From contig NC_057752.1 in NCBI RefSeq assembly GCF_004010195.1, forward strand, positions 3,838,726-3,894,799: a stretch of 56,074 nt of DNA, given 5' to 3'. Made by a program: the position numbers and the translations under genes. Shown piece by piece: positions 48,019 through 56,074 of this stretch (the stretch's first letter is position 1; each line of letters begins with the position of its first letter). Below the pieces are notes generated by a model. It worked only from the letters and a program-made list of their open reading frames with translations. It ran no database searches and had not been told where the DNA came from. This DNA comes from Chiloscyllium plagiosum. Its lineage: Eukaryota.

Positions 48019-49764
48019 TGCAACAAAAACTTCCAGCTCGGCGAACAGAACCACAACATAGATATGTCATACCATTCATTTATCCCATGTCACATTGGTT
48101 ACCCTGAAGAGTATAACCAATGGTGAGAATCCTTGGTGTAAGCCATTGACTGTGTTCCTCTAAAATAAAGACACTTCGACACATTGCAGGCAATTTTAAC
48201 CAAACCAATTCATTGGGATAGTGATGGAATCAGAGACAATGCTGCTTTTACAACCCACTTGGTTTTCGTTTTTCTTGATAAAGCTGGAATAAGTCACAAA
48301 TATAACAGATAGCTATCAACTCATGTGTCATTTATTCTCTCCTGCTTTCCACCTTATCCTGTCTCTTCGCATTCCCTGCCTCTGTACTTGTCATCAACTT
48401 GAAATGTTAACTTTTCTCTTGCCACCAATGCCACCTGGCCTGCTCAGAGTGTTTCCAGTATTTTCTGTTGTTATGATTCCAGCTGATGTTAATATTGGAC
48501 ACATCAGATCCCAGAGTGAAATCTGGCTTGTTAGATAATGAAACTTTTTTTTTTGGTATGGAGGTCAGTTACTGAACACATTCACAAGAGGCTGCCAATG
48601 TACTTTGAGCACAAAGCATAAAATGCGTATTAAATCAGAAGAAGATGAACTATATTACACAAGACAAAACAAAAGTTTGTTTAATATCTGCAGAACTATT
48701 CAAACTCAGCTCATCACTTCTAGGTCGTAAAACCTCATAAAGCAGGCACCACTCACAGAACGAAACTACACATGTCTTCCCCTTCTTAACATGCAAAATA
48801 TAAAGTCTAAATTCAACTTAAAGTTATACATCAATCTTAATGTTTTTACATCAAGGAGATGTTGTATTATTTTGGTCCCAAACTTAAGGAATATGAGTTT
48901 GATAAATGCAAGGCTTCATTCTGCATCACAAATAATTTAAAGGGTCATATTGTGTGGAGTGTAAATGTGGTGTTCCACATACTCCTGTGAATTTTGAATC
49001 AAGTGAGTTAGGTTAAAATTACCCCCATGGCGCAAAATAAAGTAATACAAGGTATATTGCAAACCCTGAGCATGCTACACATGCTCAACCATGCTTTAAA
49101 TCGTAAATTGTGGGGAAAGTGAATTATTAAACTGTAATCTGCTGGTGAACACAAATAGAGCTAGGAGATGGTCTGAATCAAAACAATGAAAAATATTTCA
49201 ATAGTATTGCATCATTGTCTGCTATAAATTCTGAATAAATGAACATGTTGTGCAAGCACAGTGAATGCATGTATAAAACCCTCCCTCGCTCATCGTGTAC
49301 TTCCTCATTATATAGAATTCCTGTAACCATGCTATTCCTGACTCAGGCATAAATCATTTCAAGTTAATGGTTTTCACTGCACAGCACACCAAGTGCTGTC
49401 AAACTGCTGCCTAATTTCATTCAGAGGCAGCAAAATACAGTGAATGCCTAATCTTTTACACAATCATATACTTTAGTAAAGGACCACATTTGGAATAATG
49501 GCCTTGTACTACAATAAAGCCTTTACAAGGCTATATGGCTGAACAGACTTAGGCAAAAGGAAAGATGAGGTCAGCTGGCCGAGATGCATTTCCTACTTTT
49601 ATGCAGAGTTTGTGGAAATTCCAAAGGGAACAGTGACCATCAGTCCACATTGTTTAACACCAGTTTGCCATTGTGCTGAGACACAAAGGTCCCTCCGGGT
49701 TCAACTTATAATAAGACTCCTAAGGAAATGGGTTCGCAACCATGATGGAAAATCACAAGTTTCT

Positions 49765-50560
49765 AACATAGGAACAGGAGTTGGCCATTCAGCCCCACAA
49801 GCCTGCTCTATCATTCAGTGAGGTCATGGTTGATCTGTGGCCTAACCCTTCATAGCTTTGCTTAATCTCAGAGTAGGCCCTTTAGTGCTAGAATCCCCAA
49901 CCAGTGGAAATAGTTTATCTTTCATAACCCCGTCTTTTCCTATTAATATTTTGAAGAGTTTGATCAGATCACCCCATAACCTTCTAAATTCTAGAGAAAA
50001 CAGATCTACTTTGTATTATCTCTCCTCATAATTTGAAGTCAGGTATCATTCTTGTAAACCTATGTTGTACACCCTCCAAAGCCAGTATATCCTTTCAAAG
50101 GTGTGGTGCCCAGATCTGCTCTCAGTAGTCCAAGTGAGGTCTAACCAGAGTTTTGTATATCTGCTGCATAATGTACTCCACCCTCTCGATATAAAGGCCA
50201 GCATTCCAATAGCTTTCTTGATTATTTTCTGTACTTGTTCATGACCTTTTAAAAGATCTATGTGTCTGAACCTCAAGTCTCTTTGGACATCCATGTCAGT
50301 TAACTTCAGCCCATCTAGGAAGTACCCCGATCTATCCATTCTTGGTCCAAAATGGATAACCTCACATTTGCTTACATTGGATTCCATATGACACAGTTTT
50401 GCCCATTCATTTCGTCCATGAATATCTCTTTGTAATTTTATGCTATCATCTACACTGTCTATAATGTCACTAACTTTGTGTCATTAGCAAATTCGGATAT
50501 ACTGTATGACTTTCTATACCAGTATTCAAGCCGTTAATAAATAACATGAATATTTGAGGT
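49765..50560 (-). mobile_element. CR1-type LINE 3' portion
   Basis: ORF 50046..50387(-) NVSKCEVIHFG...IIKKAIGMLAFISRG, and tail ACTCCTGTTCCTATG on minus. Confidence 0.8.
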
Positions 50561-51884
50561 CTGCAGTCACCTTCAGAACTGGAGATCCACAGGCACCAGC
50601 TACCTAATGGTCCCTCAGCTAATAGCTCAGTTTTCTACATGTCCATCTATCTTCAAAGCCATATGTTCCAACTACATTCATATCTATCACATTCCAAATC
50701 CCTTCTAGAGATTGCTACCCAAGTCCTATAATCCTTGTAAACCAGTTTCCTGTGAGAACTCTTCATCTGGCATCACTAACTTGGTGGACAAGCTTTTAAC
50801 CTTCTCAATTCTACACCCTGAAACCCCTTCCATTTCGTCCATTCACCTTGGAACATGTTAGCATATTAAAAGGTGTTATGCAAAGACATTGTTGTTTAGC
50901 ATAATGCCACTTGTGCAGCTAACCGCTCCGCAAGACAAAGAGACCAATAATGAGGGATCACAAAGGTAGAAGAGAAATTGCATTCTCAATTTTCTGTGCA
51001 CTTTTGGAACTATTACAATGCCAGATCTAGCGAGTGCCTGCTGCAGTAGACACAGAATCCCACTCAAAGCACATCTGGCACAAAAACTTATTTTAAGACC
51101 AGATGTGGCCTCTTAACTTGCACAACTGGACTGCACATTATGTATTGAAAAAGGAGAATATACATCAGTAATGGGGGCAAGAGCGCAGTTTTCATTCAGA
51201 TCATCTAATCATAAGAACAGGAGGAAACCTTTCAAGCTGATTCCATCATTCAATGAGACAATAGCTGATCAGTATCTGAACTCCAGCTACCTGGCTTGAC
51301 TGCATTTCGCTGAAATCCCTTATTCAACAAAAATCTCTTGATCTCATTTTCAATTGACCTTCAGCCTCATCAGCTTTTTGGAAGGAAAACGCTCCTGATT
51401 TCCACTTGCCTTCCATGTACAATCCTTTCTGACATCATCTTGAAATGCCTGGCTTTAATTTGAAGATGAAAGGTTGAAGCACATTGACACTTTCGGAGTC
51501 TTGCGCACCACTGTGGCCGCCTCAGTGCTAATGTTTAATGAACAGAAATGAATACTCCGCTTCTTATTCACCACAACGTTTTCAAATAATATGTACCGTT
51601 CAGGACCTTTTGTCTCATAAACAAAAGAAATTGGCCGTATTATTTTAAAATGGGTTACAACAAAGGATGAGATTTTAACTCACTCAAAACCCATTTATAT
51701 AGAGTTACAAACTGGAACCCCTTGCTTGGTGGTCATACATTTCCAAATAATTTTGAGATGTTTATCATGTCAACAAATGCAAAATAAATTGCTCAAAGGA
51801 TAATAATATAAAAGACTAAGAATACACAGTACACAATGATTTATATTTTCCATCTTGTAAAGTCAGAGAGCACGAAAGAAGATT

Positions 51885-52412
51885 GACCCTGCTATAGGAA
51901 GGAGATTATTAAATTGGTGAGGGTTTAGAAAAGATTGACCAGGACATTGCCAGGAAGGGAGGGCTTGAAATATAAAAATTGGTTGGATAGGCGGGGACAT
52001 ATTTCACTGGAGCGTAGAAGGTTGAGGGGGTGACCTTCTCGAAGTTTATAAAATCATGAGGGCTTATAAAATCAAGATAAATTGAATAGCAAGCATCTTT
52101 GCCCTCAGGTGCGTCACTTCAAAACTCGGGGAAATATTTTTAAGGTGAGAGGAGAAAGTTGTAAAAAAGGACATGAGAGACAACATTATTTACACAGAGT
52201 GGTTCATGTGTGGAATGAACTGCCAGAGAAAGTGGCGGATGCAGGTACAGTTAAAATATTTAAAAGACATTTGGATAATTTCACGAATGGGAAAGGTTTG
52301 GAGGGAAATGGGCCAAGTGCTGGCAGGTGGGACCAGTTTAGTTTGAGGACATGGTCGGCATGGACTAGTTAGACTGAAGGGTCTGTTTCTGTGCTGTATG
52401 CCTCTGTGACTG
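51885..52412 (+). mobile_element. CR1-type LINE 3' end
   Basis: HRVVHVWNELPEKVADAG and GAAGGGTCTGTTTCTGTGCTGTATG tail. Confidence 0.85.
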
Positions 52413-52449
52413 TAAATTAGCTACCAACTTGAGCTACAGCTGATGCTGA

Positions 52450-53760
52450 GAATTAACATTAATACTAAAGATTTAGCAGGAGGTGAAAATGCAAATAAGA
52501 GAACCTAAGAGGAACTATGAGAAAAGACTAGCAGAAAACACAAAGGGAAATTCCAAAGTCTTCTGTAGACATCTAAACAGTAAGAGAGTGGTCACAGGTG
52601 GAGTAGGGCTGATCACAGACCACATGGATGCAGAGGGCATGATTGAGGTGTTAAATTAATACTTTGCTTCCGTCTTTACAAAAGAGGAGGCTGCTGCCTA
52701 GACAACAGCTTTGTGGTATTATCTCGGACTGCATATCCAAAGACCCAAGTAATGTCTGGGGACCCGGGTTCAAATCCTGCCACGGCAGTTGGTGAAATTT
52801 GAATTCAGTAAAAATCTGGAAATAAAGAGTCCAATGATGATTATGGATTGGAGGAAAACCCATCTGATTCACTAATGTCTGTTAGGGAAGGAAACTGCCA
52901 TCCTTACCTGGTCGGGCCTACATGTGATTCCAGACCCATAGCAATGTGATTGACTCTCAACTGCTCTCTGGGCAATTAGGGATGGGCAATAAATGCTGCC
53001 TAGCCAGTGATGCTCTCACCCCTGAATAATTTGTTTTAAAAAGGCCACATTGACAGAATAGGAAGCTTGTCATGAGAAAGTTCAAACTTTATTAGGAAGG
53101 AAGTCTTGGATAGATTGTTGGCACTTCCGGTTGACAAAGCATCGAGATCGGATGAGATGCATCCAAGAGTTTGTGTAAAACGAGGGAAGAAATTGTGGGG
53201 ACACTGGCCATAATCTTTCAGCCTTCCTTGGACTCAGGGGAGGTGCCAGAAGACTAGAGAATTGTAAACATTACAGGCATGGTCAAGAAAGATTGTTAAG
53301 ATAATTGCAGCAATTACAGACTAGTCAGTTTAATTTTGGTGGTGGGGAAACTTCTAGAAGCAATTATTTGGGATAGAATTAGCAATCGCATGGAAGAAAG
53401 TGGATTGATTAGGAAGAATCAGCATGGAATTCTAAAGGGAAAATTGTGTTTAACTAACTTGCCAGAAATGTTTTGAAGAGGTAACAGAAAGGGGTGAAAA
53501 GGGTAATGCTATCGATGTGGATTTCCAGAAGTGGTTTAATAGAGTGCCAGACAACAGACATGTGAGGAAAATTATTACAAGGACAGGAGCAACATGGATA
53601 GAAAATTAACTGAGTGATAGGAAACAGAGTGTAATGGTCAATGGATACTATTTGTGCTGGAGAAAAGTTTGTAGTGGAGATCCCCAGGCCTCGATACTGG
53701 GTCTGGAGCTTGGTGTGCAGGGGACAATTTCGAAGTTTGCAAATGACACAAAACTTGAAA
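52450..53760 (+). mobile_element. CR1-type LINE internal fragment interrupted by a SINE (52710-53035)
   Basis: YFASVFTKE, NYRLVSL, NQHGI, DFQK and KFAND motifs in order. Confidence 0.8.
52710..53035 (+). mobile_element. tRNA-derived SINE with CR1-like tail, nested in a LINE
   Basis: B-box GGGTTCAAATCC and tail GGGCAATTAGGGATGGGCAATAAATGCTG. Confidence 0.8.
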
Positions 53761-53849
53761 AATTCTGTCTTCTGAGGAAGAGTGTGGAATTTCAAAATAT
53801 TTTACTCTTTAAAGAATTATCTAAGACAAGAACTCAAGATCCTAACCAC

Positions 53850-54050
53850 CCACTTCATAAAAAGAAGCCTTTCCTTGTGTCGCCATTGCTTCATTTTCCA
53901 ATCACCTTAAAGCAGCGTCCTCTGGTTGTCAAACTGTCCAACTATGGGAATAGTTTCTCCACTCTGTCCAGACCCCTCATGATATTGAACACCTCGATCA
54001 AATCTCCTCTCAACCTTTTCTTCTGCAAGGGGGAACGAGCCTAGCTTTGC
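53850..54050 (-). mobile_element. CR1-type LINE fragment
   Basis: Minus strand EKVERRFD / DLIEVFNIMRGLDRV...ETIP. Confidence 0.6.
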
Positions 54051-54404
54051 CTGTCTTCACTGGTGACGATTTCCTGAATTTGTTGAACTTCTTTCATAAC
54101 AACAGAGGTGTTCAAATGACTAGCGGTGGATGCCATGGAACATGCAGCCCCTCTGGCGATCCAACCTGTGCTTGCAGGGATAAATATTATTACAGAGCTT
54201 CAGAGGAAACCAGCGTACGGTAACAGAATAAGGAATACAGTTCCAGCTACATTTCCAACCCACACTCCATATCTCAGTATTACTGCATACAGGTTACTCA
54301 ATGCTTTGCCATATTTAAGGAACTGTTCCTTCTGATGGGAAGGTCCTAACGTCCCAGGCGTTGCTTCATTAGTGACATTCCATCAATTGTAATGATAGAT
54401 GGAA

Positions 54405-54545
54405 TCCCTCTCCCATTTATCTCTCCACCCCTGAGGCTCCCAGCCTCATTCCTGATGAAGGGCTCTGGCCCAAAACACCGATTTTCTTGCACCTCGGATG
54501 CTGCCTGACCTGCTGTGCTTTTCCAGCAACACACTCTCAACTCTT
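54405..54545 (+). mobile_element. PLE family A 3' UTR fragment with decayed hammerhead
   Basis: CTGATGAAGGGCTCTGGCCCAAAACACC at ~54452-54479 plus the family tail. Confidence 0.65.
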
Positions 54546-54599
54546 AGGGTGATTTTCCATCTTATATGGAAAAGCCATATACACACTGTGAATACAAGG

Positions 54600-55150
54600 T
54601 CAAAGGCGAGAGATCCTAAGTAACTCACCTCCTGTTTCCCCGAAACCTATCTACCATCCACAAGGCACAAGTCAAGAGTGTGATGGGATACAGTCCACTG
54701 ACCTGGATGGATGCAGATCCAACAATACTCAAGAAGCTTGACAGCACCCAGGGCAAACCAGCCTATCTGATTGACACCTCATCAATCACCTTCAACACTC
54801 ACTCCCCTCATCACCAATACACAGTAGCAGCAGTGTGTACCATCTACAAGATGCACTGCAGTAATTCACCAAGATTCCTTCAACAGCATCTTCCAAGCTG
54901 CAGTTCCCAGCACCTACCAGATCAAGAGCAGCAAAAGCAGGCAAACACCACCCCCTGCAGGTTCCCCTCCAAGCCACTCACCATCCTGACTTGGAAATAT
55001 CTCACTATCCCTTCACTGTCACTGGGTCAAAATCGTGTAACTCCCTCTATAACAGCATGGTGAGTATATCATACGAAACAAAGTTCAAGAAGACAGCTCA
55101 TTGTCACCTTCTCAAAGACAATTAGAGATGGGCAATAATTACTGGGCCAG
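54600..55150 (+). mobile_element. CR1-clade LINE 3' end
   Basis: STIHKAQVKSVMGYSPLTWM...YKMHCSNSPR and tail CAATTAGAGATGGGCAATAA. Confidence 0.8.
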
Positions 55151-55647
55151 AGCCTTGAAGGGAAGGGACAAACCCATGACAAAACAATTAATTAAAAGGG
55201 CTGTCACAAGTACAAGGGGCTGAATAGCTTTAGGAGTGCTATCATTTTTGATTCTATGAATCTCCGTGATTCCCTCTTGCCTGTTTGGCATATGAAAGAA
55301 CTCGGCACTCTTTGAAACGGCTGCATTGTAAATTGGAAATTTGTCTAACTTCACCTGCAGGCAATAGTCCCTGTCAACACAGCACGTGAGCAGCAGAACC
55401 CACACTGCACGCCTCTCATCTGCTGCTCCCAACCTCACTGTGGCTGGAACCTTCGGCAGAGTTTGGAATAAATTAACAGCACAGGTGTACAAGTCTAATT
55501 ATAACCCATTACCCCTGAATCATTATCTGCTACAGAGATCTTCATAAAATTAATTTTGTATTTGCTTTCAAGCCCTACAGCCACATAGCTGTGTATAATT
55601 TGATTTTACTTGGTTTCAAAATAAAAACGAGCATTCATTCATTTCAG

Positions 55648-55854
55648 GAGAAAGTGAGGACTGCAGATGCTGGAGATCAGAGTCGAGAGTGAGGCGCTGG
55701 AAAAGCACAGCAGGTCAGGCAGCATCCGAGGAGCAGGAAAATCGACATTCGGGCATAAGCCATTCCTGATGAAGGGCTTATGCCCAAAATGTCGATTCTC
55801 CTGCTCCTCAGCTGCTGCCTGACCTGCTGTGCTTTTCCAGCGCCTCACTCTCGG
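55648..55854. mobile_element. Palindromic PLE family A mini-element with 14-bp TSD
   Basis: Inverted arms ~55684-55760 and ~55775-55853. TTCATTCATTTCAG at 55634-55647 and 55855-55868. Decayed hammerhead at 55766-55793. Confidence 0.8.
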
Positions 55855-55868
55855 TTCATTCATTTCAG

Positions 55869-56074
55869 GAGAAAGTGAGGACTGCAGATGCTGGGGATCA
55901 GAGCTTAAAAATGTGTTGCTGGAAAAGCGCAGCAGGTCAGGCAGCATCAAAGGAGGAGAATCGAAGTTTCAGGCATAAGCCCTTCTTCAGGAATGAGGAG
56001 GGTGTGCCAAGCAGGCTAAGGTAAAAGGTAGGGAGGAGGGATTTGGGGGAGGGGCGTTGGGAATGCGATAGGTG
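55869..56074 (-). mobile_element. PLE family A 3' end inserted at the same target site; runs off the window
   Basis: Starts with the same GAGAAAGTGAGGACTGCAGATGCTGG tail. Hammerhead variant CTGAAGA-A-GGGC-ttat-GCCT-GAAAC-TTC at 55963-55990(-). Confidence 0.75.

Larger units (their letters stand above)
46288..48055 (+). mobile_element. Young Penelope-like element family B as a large inverted repeat around the N gap, with 16-bp TSD
   Basis: NVVYKILCKDCTKHYIGQTGRQLTIRIHEHQLATKRHD (GIY-YIG) from 47496. 46320-46690 is the reverse complement of the right arm. ACATAGATATGTCATA at 46272-46287 and 48056-48071. Confidence 0.9.

Noticed and set aside
231..55950. Remaining 60-137 aa ORFs as host genes
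   Set aside because: Nearly all overlap LINE, SINE or PLE repeats (often antisense) or show no recognisable domain.
1..56074. CRISPR array, rRNA or prokaryotic operon-type systems
   Set aside because: The sequence is vertebrate-like and repeat-rich, with no regularly spaced direct repeats or rRNA similarity.

Overview
Repeat-dense eukaryotic DNA, very probably from a cartilaginous fish (shark), inferred from HE1/V-SINEs, SacSINE1/DeuSINE-like pieces and CR1-type LINE tails ending in (ACTCTATG)n. It looks like a large intron or intergenic region: I found no intact, recognisable protein-coding gene, and nearly all ORF-track entries are transposon fragments or chance ORFs. There is an 802-nt N gap at 46691-47492. 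Main content: decayed CR1-clade LINEs, tRNA-derived SINEs, PIF/Harbinger relics, one Gypsy gag-protease relic and many Penelope-like element (PLE) insertions. The most striking signal is a set of minimal hammerhead-ribozyme motifs (CUGANGA...GAAA...NUH) in three PLE-related families whose stems covary. Six insertions form asymmetric hairpins flanked by 11-16 bp direct repeats, and three of them are 200-235 bp mini-elements with no coding sequence. Also present: a decayed CLIP1-like coiled-coil pseudogene fused to an unrelated tail (33814-34890, minus), a tRNA-Ile-like relic with a CAT anticodon, and a speculative set of minus-strand exons that could encode a small secreted peptide precursor. 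Family names come from motif recognition by eye, not database searches, and repeat boundaries are approximate.
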